A DNA stretch of 64,000 bases. Origin: a virus. Of this stretch, positions 55,377-64,000 are shown piece after piece. The translations under genes and the position numbers were made by a program. Below the pieces are notes generated by a model that worked only from the letters and a program-made list of their open reading frames with translations, did not search any database and was not told the origin of the DNA. How positions within the stretch are numbered: position 1 is the first letter of the stretch; the number at the start of each line of letters is the position of its first letter. Where the stretch lies: positions 1-64,000 of IMG/VR virus record IMGVR_UViG_3300015371_000016, one strand, 5' to 3'.

Positions 55377-56081
55377 CTAGTAGACCGCTACCCCGTCCTC
55401 AGCCACCACCGGGCCATTGCGTCGGCCACGCTTGATTCCTTTGTCTGCCCGAGGCTTGCGTGGCTTCCCGGACATCTTGCGCTTCCGCTTAGCCGGCGCG
55501 GTCATCTGAGGCTCTTCGTCGTCCTCTTCGTAAGGCAGTAGAGCTGGAGCAGAAGGATTGACTGTCGTAGGCGCTCGCTCCGGCCTCCGCCGCGAGCTAT
55601 CCGCCGCCCTGGTGTTGGGACCCAGTCCACGGCCGAGAGCATGCTGTCCTTCGCGCCATCCAGAATGCCACTCAGCATACCGCTCAGTGCCCGGCTCATG
55701 TGGGCAATCTTCGGTCGGCACACCCGCGCGGCCAGCCTCGTATCCCGCTTGCTGTGCGTCCCAAAGCTGGTCCTCCTCAGTGCCAGCTTCGACCTCGAAT
55801 GTGAAGATCGCATCGGCCGTCACTGGGATATTGCGCAAGCGCATATAGAAGAGAAGATCACGCTCGTCCGTGATCACAGTCGTTGAGTCCTGCTTAGTCG
55901 CGGCGATTGCCCGACGCATCTGCGCTACATTCTCGCCCGCCGCCTTGGCCTGCTTGTACAGATTGCGCAGCACGCCGTTCTCTTCGTCGGCTCGACGCTG
56001 CTGAATCTGAATACGCTGCATCCATCCCGTTGCTTCCCGTGCCCTGGTCTGATTTGTTCCACTCATGTTTTGTCCTATCAT
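55377..56081 (-). CDS. GapR(DUF2312)-like protein with an RMF-like motif
   Basis: MQRI...LYKQAKAAGEN; AGYEAGRAG...CPH...WHSGWREG. Confidence 0.6.
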   Translation of the reverse strand: MIGQNMSGTNQTRAREATGWMQRIQIQQRRADEENGVLRNLYKQAKAAGENVAQMRRAIAATKQDSTTVITDERDLLFYMRLRNIPVTADAIFTFEVEAGTEEDQLWDAQQAGYEAGRAGVPTEDCPHEPGTERYAEWHSGWREGQHALGRGLGPNTRAADSSRRRPERAPTTVNPSAPALLPYEEDDEEPQMTAPAKRKRKMSGKPRKPRADKGIKRGRRNGPVVAEDGVAVY

Positions 56082-56286
56082 TCGTTAGCCGATCCAGTGC
56101 TCCCTTGGAGAGCTTAATCCCACGTCTCGCGGCAGACTGAAGCACCAAGGATCGCCAATAAATCGGTATTCTGTTTCTATTGCTCCAAGCAACGACCGTC
56201 CAGTAGGAAATACCTAAATCACGAGCAAGCGCCGCCACGCTGGGCCACCTGCGCAACACATGACCTATCGTCGATTGTCTGGGCAT
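55894..56286 (-). CDS. Cro-like HTH regulator (ORF tail overlaps the next gene)
   Basis: WPSVAALARDLGISYWTVVAWSNRNRIP. Confidence 0.75.
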   Translation of the reverse strand: MPRQSTIGHVLRRWPSVAALARDLGISYWTVVAWSNRNRIPIYWRSLVLQSAARRGIKLSKGALDRLTNDRTKHEWNKSDQGTGSNGMDAAYSDSAASSRRRERRAAQSVQAGQGGGRECSADASGNRRD

Positions 56287-56332
56287 ATAATTATCGCTAT
56301 TGCGACTCGCGCGAATCGCGCGTAAATAATTT

Positions 56333-56704
56333 ATGCGCTTTCGCGGTAATCAACAACGAGATGTCTGGCCTCCTAGGGCAGGGCATTTCCGTCTCCGTCT
56401 GTGCCGCCGCGGTTGGTCCGTGCCGGCTAAGATTCAGTATTCTCCCATAGAGGGATGGCGGGCAATCGTCGATGAAAGAGAGTTCCCGTGGCATGACGAT
56501 CCCGCTTACGCCGAGAGCGTGCCGCGCGTCTGGCACTACGGTCTGATCGTCGATAAATCGGTTTACGATTGGTGCCTCGACGTAAAGCGCTGGGCAGAGA
56601 AGGAGATCGCCGAGAGGCGACTGGACTACCATCCTACATTGTCGCCGGAGGAGCCGATTAAGCGCATGAGGCTACCACCCTTCCTACCACAGAGGAGCAC
56701 ATAA
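56333..56704 (+). CDS. Hypothetical protein
   Basis: First ORF of the rightward operon. Confidence 0.5.
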   Translation: MRFRGNQQRDVWPPRAGHFRLRLCRRGWSVPAKIQYSPIEGWRAIVDEREFPWHDDPAYAESVPRVWHYGLIVDKSVYDWCLDVKRWAEKEIAERRLDYHPTLSPEEPIKRMRLPPFLPQRST

Positions 56705-57438
56705 TGAGCGAAAATATTCCGAAGCCACCTCGTCCGCTCACCCCTGAAGAAATCCGCGCATGGCTGGATTATCAGGCAGAAGAACTGGTGAAGCGCAGCG
56801 ACGACCTCGTCGAGGCCCTGCGCGAGATGGCGCGGGCGCATCCCATGATTGCAGATGGTGACGATGAAACAGCCGGCAGATTTATCGATAATCTCGGGAT
56901 GGCTAAGGCACTGGTGAAATCAGCCGAAGCGCTGCATACCCGCGAGAAAGCTCCATACCTACAGGGCGGCAAAACCGTCGATGCCTGGAAGGCTAATTTC
57001 CTCGGTATTCTTGCACGCGCTATGGACCCTGTCAGCAAGATCGTCTTCAACTACTCTGCCCGCAAGGACGCAATCGAGCGCAGGCAACGCGAAGAGGAAG
57101 CGCGTCGTTCCGAAGAGGCCGCCGCCCAGGCGGTCAAGAATGACGCATTCAGCGAGGAGGCGGATATTGCCTTAATGAATGCGGCGCGCGCCAAGCGGGA
57201 TACCATGGCCAAGCCTGCGGAAAGATCGCAGACTAGAGGCGTTTACGGCACACTGGCATCAATCAGACAGACATGGACCTGGGAAGTCACCGACATCGAA
57301 AGCGTGCCGCGCAAGTATCTCACGATCGATTCTGCTAAGATACGCGAGGCCATGAAGACGCGCGACAAGCTCGGCAAACCAGTGGCCATGATACCGGGCA
57401 TTTCCTGGGTAACGGAACGTAGTTTAGGAGTTCGCTAA
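56704..57438 (+). CDS. Conserved phage coiled-coil protein of recombination modules
   Basis: EKAPYLQGGKTVDA...WEVTDIESVPRKYL...IPGI. Confidence 0.6.
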   Translation: MSENIPKPPRPLTPEEIRAWLDYQAEELVKRSDDLVEALREMARAHPMIADGDDETAGRFIDNLGMAKALVKSAEALHTREKAPYLQGGKTVDAWKANFLGILARAMDPVSKIVFNYSARKDAIERRQREEEARRSEEAAAQAVKNDAFSEEADIALMNAARAKRDTMAKPAERSQTRGVYGTLASIRQTWTWEVTDIESVPRKYLTIDSAKIREAMKTRDKLGKPVAMIPGISWVTERSLGVR

Positions 57439-58076
57439 TGTCACAAAACATCATTCCATTTCGCGAGCAGAGCCAGACCATTCGTTACGATGAGATGTGC
57501 CGGGCGATCGCGGCGGCTTACTCGATAGATGAAGTCCGCGAAATGAAGAATCAAGCGACAGCGATCCAGCAGTATCAACGTATGGCGCATAACACGGAAG
57601 CTGAGCGGCAGGCTTGTGAAATCAGATTGCGGGCAGAGAGGCGGCTGGGCGAATTACTGCGGGAGATGGAGAAGGCAAAAGGAAGCGCCCAGCCTGGAGT
57701 GGGGCGCGCTGGAATGCCCTCACAGGCGGATAGGGCATTAGGCGAAACGACTTTAGCGGGCTTGGGCATTAGCTACAACGAGTCATCTCGCGCTCAGCGT
57801 CTCGCTGATGTGCCGGAGTGTTTGTTTGAACAGGAACTACGTACCGGCTCCATGCCATCCGCATCCGGTATCATTGCTGCAAGTCGCGAAAAGCCAAAGA
57901 ATGTGGTGGATGACGGCGCGCTGTGGCTGTGGGGAAGATTGCAGGATTTTCAGCGTGAGCATCATCTTCTAGATCGTGATCCTAATACTGTCGTCGATGG
58001 AATGCTACCGCACATGCAAGAGACGGTTCGTGAATTGGCTCCAAAGATCGCCGAATGGCTAGGGAGAATAAAATGA
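57438..58076 (+). CDS. Conserved phage protein (EIRLRAERRLGELL family)
   Basis: Motif recognised; LAGLGISYNESSRAQRLA is HTH-like. Confidence 0.6.
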   Translation: MSQNIIPFREQSQTIRYDEMCRAIAAAYSIDEVREMKNQATAIQQYQRMAHNTEAERQACEIRLRAERRLGELLREMEKAKGSAQPGVGRAGMPSQADRALGETTLAGLGISYNESSRAQRLADVPECLFEQELRTGSMPSASGIIAASREKPKNVVDDGALWLWGRLQDFQREHHLLDRDPNTVVDGMLPHMQETVRELAPKIAEWLGRIK

Positions 58077-58507
58077 AGAACTACGAACAGCACATCGATA
58101 TCGTGATCGAGGTGTCGAAAAAGACGATCGATCTGAGTCCAGCATGGGTCGCCACCGAGGTCATGGTTCGCCTTGGATTTGGACCAAACAGCCCAAAAGC
58201 GTTATCTGATGCGGATGTATACGAACTGGCACATGGCCAATTGCGGCAGATCGTGCGAGGCCGCTTACGCAAGCATGATCCAATAGAAGCCGCCAACGAA
58301 GATGACGATTTATTCCCAGAGACATTGCAAGAACGCTATCCGCGTGTACCGCTTGAAAACGCCGAGCCGATCTATGCATTACGTGATCACTTGACTAATG
58401 CTGATGTTAATTACAACGTCAAGCGAATGCGCAGGGTATCAAATGCCCTAGCAAAGCACGCCGATGCTTTAGAGGTGTGGCATCGATCTCGCGGTGATGT
58501 CGCATAA
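58073..58507 (+). CDS. Hypothetical protein
   Basis: Coupled ORF. Confidence 0.55.
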   Translation: MKNYEQHIDIVIEVSKKTIDLSPAWVATEVMVRLGFGPNSPKALSDADVYELAHGQLRQIVRGRLRKHDPIEAANEDDDLFPETLQERYPRVPLENAEPIYALRDHLTNADVNYNVKRMRRVSNALAKHADALEVWHRSRGDVA

Positions 58508-58535
58508 AGAAACCCAACGTCACATAGGAACAGCA

Positions 58536-60059
58536 ATGAGCGACAACGTTTCACAGCTTCCGACCCAGTCTTCGACGAAGCTGCTCCGCGACTGCAAGAC
58601 ACTCGGTGAGGCTTTTCAAACCAAGGAGCTGAAAGAGCGCATCGCCGGCACGCTTCCCAAGCACATGAACCCGGACACCATGTTGCACGCTTTCATTAAC
58701 GCTGCCGGACGCACGCCAGAGCTACGGGAATGTCCCGTCAAGCAAGTGCTCGGCGCGTTCGTGCAACTGTCCTATCTCGGCCTCCCTCCCGGCACTATGC
58801 AGGGTCTCGCGCACATGATCCCGTTTGCGCGATACAAGGGATACGGCGACAATCGGCGCATCGATCACTACGATCTACAGATCGTTATCGGGTATCCCGG
58901 CTACATCGAACTAGCGCATCGGTCCGGCTTCGTTACCGGCTTCTCCGCTGCCTGTGTGCTGCCGGATGACGATTTCGATTTTATGAAGGGCAGCGGGCAG
59001 TTCATCCGTCACAAGCAAAACATGGGAGCTTGGCGAGCTGACGTGGACCCGATCGCATGCTGGGCGCGAGCTGAGTTCACGACCGGCCATGAAGAGTTCG
59101 AGGTAATGTCGTGGAATGAAGTGCTGTCGATCCGCGACATGAGCGCCGGATATCGAGCCGCTATGGCCGCTTACAATCATGCCAAGGATAAGGGCTGGCG
59201 CATTCCGCCGGCCTACAGCGAGGCGCCCTGGATCAAGCATGCTCGCAGGATGGGCGTGAAGACGGCGATCATCCGCCTCGCTCACCTGCTACCGAAGTGT
59301 CCAGAACTACGTCAGGGCGCTGAGATCGAAAGCGCGCAAGAGGGCGGCAAGGCGATGGACTTCAGTCCGATCATTGACGGCGACGTGCTTCCCGAGGAAG
59401 GCCCGATCATTATCGATATCCCGGAGGACGAAGACCATACTTCTCCTGTCGAGCCACTCGTGCAACCAAAGACACGGCAGAGGCGCGCGCGTAAGGCAGA
59501 GGTCGAACCCCAAGTAGAGGCCGAACCTGAGCAAGTAGCTCCAAGTCCCATCGAAGAAGAGGATGCGCCGGTCGATACCGGCTTCGATTACTACTTAGTG
59601 GACGAGTTTGGCGAAATCCTCGGCGGCGCTAAGTATGGCGATCCTGCTGCGTTCATCGAGGACTTCCTTGAATACAGCCGTGGCCTCGACGATGGTCTGG
59701 TTAATCAATTCCAGGATGCTAACACCAAAGCATTGCATGCGGCTATGCGCGACCCAGAGGCCGCGAAGCTCATGCGCGGCGATACGAAAACTCCCGCTGA
59801 AGAGCCAGAGCCAGCGCAGACAGTCAGTGCCGAGCCGCCGAAGCCAGGAACGCCAGAGCACGACGAGATGGTCGCCGATGGCTTTATCTCTGATCTGAAC
59901 AGTCTGAGTATCGATGCGGATGGCAGGAGGGCTTTTAATAACTGGGTCAGTGATCCGCGAGTGCGCCAGACTATGGGAGGATGGCGCAAGACTAATAAGG
60001 CGATGTTCGATCGCGTCGATCTCCTAGCGAAGAAGAAGAACGAGCAGCTTCCGAGATGA
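58536..60059 (+). CDS. recT: RecT-family single-strand annealing protein with acidic C-terminal extension
   Basis: LPKHMNP...AHMIPF...IGYPGYIELAHRSG...MGVKTAIIRL. Confidence 0.85.
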   Translation: MSDNVSQLPTQSSTKLLRDCKTLGEAFQTKELKERIAGTLPKHMNPDTMLHAFINAAGRTPELRECPVKQVLGAFVQLSYLGLPPGTMQGLAHMIPFARYKGYGDNRRIDHYDLQIVIGYPGYIELAHRSGFVTGFSAACVLPDDDFDFMKGSGQFIRHKQNMGAWRADVDPIACWARAEFTTGHEEFEVMSWNEVLSIRDMSAGYRAAMAAYNHAKDKGWRIPPAYSEAPWIKHARRMGVKTAIIRLAHLLPKCPELRQGAEIESAQEGGKAMDFSPIIDGDVLPEEGPIIIDIPEDEDHTSPVEPLVQPKTRQRRARKAEVEPQVEAEPEQVAPSPIEEEDAPVDTGFDYYLVDEFGEILGGAKYGDPAAFIEDFLEYSRGLDDGLVNQFQDANTKALHAAMRDPEAAKLMRGDTKTPAEEPEPAQTVSAEPPKPGTPEHDEMVADGFISDLNSLSIDADGRRAFNNWVSDPRVRQTMGGWRKTNKAMFDRVDLLAKKKNEQLPR

Positions 60060-60395
60060 AGGTCCTAGCCACCGCAATTGTTTAGCGCGCTTATCCCGGT
60101 CGTAGCCATGCTGATTTGCGCGGCGCATGGCCGGGACAAAGCGACCGGATCGCGCCGGTCGAAGCGTAACTTTCACCCCGGTGGAGGATCTCGTGGCACA
60201 GCAGGGTAGAGGAGGTATGGGCTCGCATAAACACGGAACCTCTGGTCATGCACCACGCTCTCCGGCCTATAAACAGCAGAGGACCCGTGAAGCCAATCGT
60301 CTCGCTGAAGAAGAAAAGGCCAAGAAGCCAAAAGCGAAGACCTATGCTTCGGTCAAAGACGCAATGAAAGACAGGCACTAACCCCGGAGCGGAAC

Positions 60396-60632
60396 ATGGC
60401 AATCGAGATCAAGGGCGGATGGCTGGATGGGCACATGATCCGCCGCGCACGGAAAGTGGTCTCGTGCAATGACTTCCGACATTGTCAGACGACGATCAAG
60501 GTTGGCGATCATTATGCGGAAAGCGAGTGCGACCCATATTACGCGGGAGGCTTCGGCATGACGAAGCTATGCATGAACTGCGCGGGCGAAGAGGCTAAAG
60601 CATCCCTGCGCGCTGCGCTCGAAATAGCCTAA
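60396..60632 (+). CDS. Small Zn-finger protein
   Basis: RRARK...C..C...IKVGDHY...CMNC. Confidence 0.55.
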   Translation: MAIEIKGGWLDGHMIRRARKVVSCNDFRHCQTTIKVGDHYAESECDPYYAGGFGMTKLCMNCAGEEAKASLRAALEIA

Positions 60633-60652
60633 ATACTACCCCGGAGCGGAAT

Positions 60653-60907
60653 ATGGATTATTTGATGGACTGGATCGTTTGCGGTCGCAAGATAGGCAAG
60701 GCGACCGGGTGGAGTGTGGCAGACACATTCACCATGCACCTATACGGCCTTCAGCCAGCGCCGGAATACACTGGCCCAGTTGCTGAGTGCGTGACGATCT
60801 GCTTTGAGCGTGGCGTGATCGAGGTCTTAGACGAAGATGGGAACGTCACCCAGTCGTCCGATCTTATCGAGTCCATCCGCGCTTGTCAGGTGGCTCGGAT
60901 GGAGTAG
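60653..60907 (+). CDS. Hypothetical protein
   Basis: GGAG RBS; upstream 14-mer ACCCCGGAGCGGAA shared with the gene at 60396. Confidence 0.55.
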   Translation: MDYLMDWIVCGRKIGKATGWSVADTFTMHLYGLQPAPEYTGPVAECVTICFERGVIEVLDEDGNVTQSSDLIESIRACQVARME

Positions 60908-60958
60908 CAACCCAACCCCGATTGCGTAACCGGCGCCTCGCGGATCAGGGGCAGGAGA

Positions 60959-61507
60959 GTGCAAATGGTCAACCATTCGACCACCATGACGACGAGTAAT
61001 CTCCTGACTCATCTATACCAAGCGATGGATCATAACCTTGCGCGGCTCGTAGCTACGCAAGTCGAAATTGCTCGCTTAAATGATGTGCGGATCAATTCCT
61101 ACACGCCGGTGCTGACTACCGCAAATGCCTGGCTGGCTACCCTCGAAGCGCGTATTCGCGCATCGATCCGACCCGACGACCTCGAAGAGTCCACGGAGTG
61201 GCTGAACCGTTATGCGGCCGACGCGGCTATCAGTTTCTTTCGCAACGTAGCCGACCTGTTGCCAACGGAGCCGCATATTGCCGCGACGCGGTCGGGCGAT
61301 CTTGTGGCGGAGTTCGAGACATCAGCCAGCAGCATGACGACTGTCGTTTCGGGTGCCGAGACAATCCTTTTTGGCGTCCGGAGTGCGGACCAGTCCCCGA
61401 TACACGCCGTCATCCGGCGCGGCAGCAATCGACTGAGGGATGAAGTGAAAACCTTCGCACGGGAGCTACGCTCGGAGTCACATGGCAATATGGATGCCTC
61501 CCGATAA
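60959..61507 (+). CDS. Hypothetical protein
   Basis: 182-aa ORF. Confidence 0.5.
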   Translation: MQMVNHSTTMTTSNLLTHLYQAMDHNLARLVATQVEIARLNDVRINSYTPVLTTANAWLATLEARIRASIRPDDLEESTEWLNRYAADAAISFFRNVADLLPTEPHIAATRSGDLVAEFETSASSMTTVVSGAETILFGVRSADQSPIHAVIRRGSNRLRDEVKTFARELRSESHGNMDASR

Positions 61508-62467
61508 AGTCGGAATGAACGAGCGATGCCGACGTGGTGCACCTTCCGCGACGCGGCGCGCGCCCGTGGAAAGACTGAAACCTTGCCTCGGCAAGCGACC
61601 GGATTGATGAACAAGCCTCCACCCGAGTATGTCGGGCATGAGTTTCATTGGATACAATTCTGTGACGACAAGCCTATTGTGTGGGAATGGAACCGACTGC
61701 ACGAGTTCTGGATAGGAACGCCTTGGCATTATAAGTCCGCACCCGGCAAGCCAAATGCAGGCTGGTTTTACCTTGGCCCAGCCCTACCTCCCCAAAGCGG
61801 AGGTGAGCGAGTGGGAAACATGTCTCAGACCACCGAACAGCCAGAAGTAGTGCCAATTACCCATGAAGTGATGGAGTTATGGGAGAAGGCGGCTATAAAG
61901 TCTTTTCCTCATGTCGTCGGAGGTCAAATCAACTGGCCGATGATGGTGTGCTCTCTCATTGCTGAAATCAGAGCGGCCGGCAGGTTTTCGGATGCCGAGT
62001 GAAGATCAGCGCGCGCGTTCCGAGATCATGGTGCCCGGTCCAGCAGCGGACGCCATATTTCGAGCCGGCTATGAGGCTGGGAAGGCTGATGCCATTGACC
62101 GCTGCATGATTGAGCGGCGAGCGCTTGCTAAGGAGCACAATGCCGCTATTGGCTTGTGCGTCGTTGCTATTCGCGCTCTGGACGTGCGCCACGCTTTGCA
62201 GAAGTGGATATCAGCATGAGCAATAATCCAACCACGGCTGGATATCGTCCGGCCGAGGAGCTTGCGGCTGATATGCTTCGGCATCCCGAGAAGTATCGTG
62301 GGCTGCTGCGGCCTCATGGATCGGAAGATAACCGGGCAGCGATACTTCGAGCCGCCATATGGCGCGCGATGATGGAGATTGAGAACGACAGCGCGAACGC
62401 CGCTTTCGAAACCCTACAGCACGCTTGGGAGAACAGCCGATGAGCAACCAGACGACCGTGAGCGCCG

Positions 62468-63145
62468 ATGCCTCACATTGAGACGTTCGGCGCGGCCACG
62501 CTGATCTTGGGCGACTGCCGGGAGATTATCCCAACGCTTAGCGGTATCTCATGCGTGCTGACAGACCCGCCATTCGGGATCGATTACAGGTCAGGCTATC
62601 GGACTGATACACTCTGGACCGAGGATGCAATTCGCGGTGACGAAGACGTGGCAATGCGGAATGCCGCTCTGTCGCTGTTCCCGGCAGAGATGCCCAAGCT
62701 GGTATTTGGCTCACGTAAGGCGCCGTTACCGCACGGCACTAAGATGACGCTGACCTGGGAAAAGGGGTCGGCGCTCGGCATGGGCGATCTGAGCCTGCCA
62801 TGGAAGCCGAGCACCGAGGAAATCTATGTGATCGGACGGGGCTTTGCAGGAAAGCGCGACTGCGGCTCGACGCTCTACCATCCACCAGTTCAGAGCATGG
62901 CAAAGAACGGACGGCGGCATCCGAACGAGAAGCCGGTGGGACTGCTTGCCATGCTCTTGCGGAAGCTGCCCGCAGGAAACGTCTGCGATCCATTCATGGG
63001 CAGCGCTAGTTGTGGAGAGGCCGCTGTAAAGATGGGCAGGAGATTTGTCGGGATCGAGGTTGATCCAGGCTACTACAGCATCGCCTGCGAACGAATGCAC
63101 GCCCTCACGCTGCAGGGCGACCTATGGGAGTGTAAATCGGCATGA
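62468..63145 (+). CDS. DNA N6-adenine/N4-cytosine methyltransferase (beta class)
   Basis: LILGDC, TDPPFG, HPNEKP, DPFMGS. Confidence 0.9.
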   Translation: MPHIETFGAATLILGDCREIIPTLSGISCVLTDPPFGIDYRSGYRTDTLWTEDAIRGDEDVAMRNAALSLFPAEMPKLVFGSRKAPLPHGTKMTLTWEKGSALGMGDLSLPWKPSTEEIYVIGRGFAGKRDCGSTLYHPPVQSMAKNGRRHPNEKPVGLLAMLLRKLPAGNVCDPFMGSASCGEAAVKMGRRFVGIEVDPGYYSIACERMHALTLQGDLWECKSA

Positions 63146-64000
63146 GCAAAGACCAGACGACCGCAATCGAACCAGTAGAGAGCCTGACGCTATACGGGTT
63201 GCAGATTGGCTTTGAGCCAAAAGTGGGAGCGCTTGTTGAGCTTTCTGGCGATACGACTTGGCTCTCGTGGGACGAGACAGTGGAGTTGGCTGAGTGGCTG
63301 GCAGCGCGGGTGCGGGAGTGCAAATCAGATGAGCGATAAAGCAACCACGACTGGTTGCTGGGAATATTCCGGCCGGCCTTGTCCGATACCGCAACATTGC
63401 GGAGAGACTAACCGATGTCTCGTCCATGAATTGAGGCTCGTTGGTTGGAAAGTGCTGGAACCATGGACGGAGCTAAAGTCTGGTGAGCATCGGCAGATCG
63501 GGCCTCACGCTGCCGCATTCCGACCGTCAATCGATCCACAGCCGTGGAATGAACAGCAGAGGCTAGAGAACGAGCCGGACACCGTCAGATGGTATTTCGG
63601 CCCAATATACTGCGGTCAATTTCGAGATCACCGATCTCGGAGCGGGCTACCGTGCGACACGGCGTGCAAAGACCCGATGTGGTGCATTCAGCGAAAGCTA
63701 TGCAAGCAGCAGAATGAGGAAGATCATAAATGGCTGATTCCGATACCACCGACTGGCGGTCCATAGACACCCTAGGAGGCGAGGCTGTTTTCGATGTGCT
63801 CGCAAAATACTGGGAGCCAGAGATGGACAAGTTCCTTTATCAAAGGTTCTGCGGCTGTGTGCAAAACGATGGCGTCATTCTGTGGTCACATCCATTCTGG
63901 AAACTTCACGAAGCGCCAAAGTCAGACTATGTGAACCTGATCGAGCACGGGTTTAAGCCGGTCTACTGGATGCCATTCCCGGAGATGCCGCCTCATGAGT

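Noticed and set aside
1-64000. tRNA, rRNA, integrase, transposase, reverse transcriptase/DGR
   Set aside because: None recognised by eye; a tRNAscan/HMM run would be needed to exclude them fully.

Overview
This window is most of a GC-rich tailed-phage genome, probably a myovirus with a Bcep781/AP22-like virion module. The host is likely alphaproteobacterial, inferred from GapR-like and Acetobacteraceae-like genes. Minus strand ~42.0 kb to 1 carries, in order: ParB-like, ABC-ATPase/GNAT, ASCH, TerS, TerL, portal, MuF-like head protein, methyltransferase, endolysin, protease, scaffold, decoration protein, major capsid, neck, sheath, tube, chaperone, tape measure with lytic transglycosylase, baseplate, and large glycan-binding/hydrolase proteins. 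Plus strand 42.05-49.5 kb is an early region of small genes. 49.9-56.3 kb (minus) is replication and regulation, and 56.3-64 kb (plus) holds RecT, a DNA methyltransferase and small ORFs. Three things stand out. (1) A cassette between portal and MuF encodes a stand-alone RAMP/Cas7-like protein and an accessory gene, interleaved with four arrays of strictly 5-nt-periodic CGC-NN units; this is a candidate RNA-guided system with a non-contiguous code. (2) A 316-aa intein in MuF carries an HTH + DUF559/Vsr-like endonuclease gene entirely on its antisense strand. (3) The early operon is punctuated by at least 5 twister and 2 hammerhead ribozymes plus one unclassified double-pseudoknot RNA, most in a hairpin-ribozyme-RBS layout. 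All family assignments were made by eye from motifs and synteny; no database searches were run.
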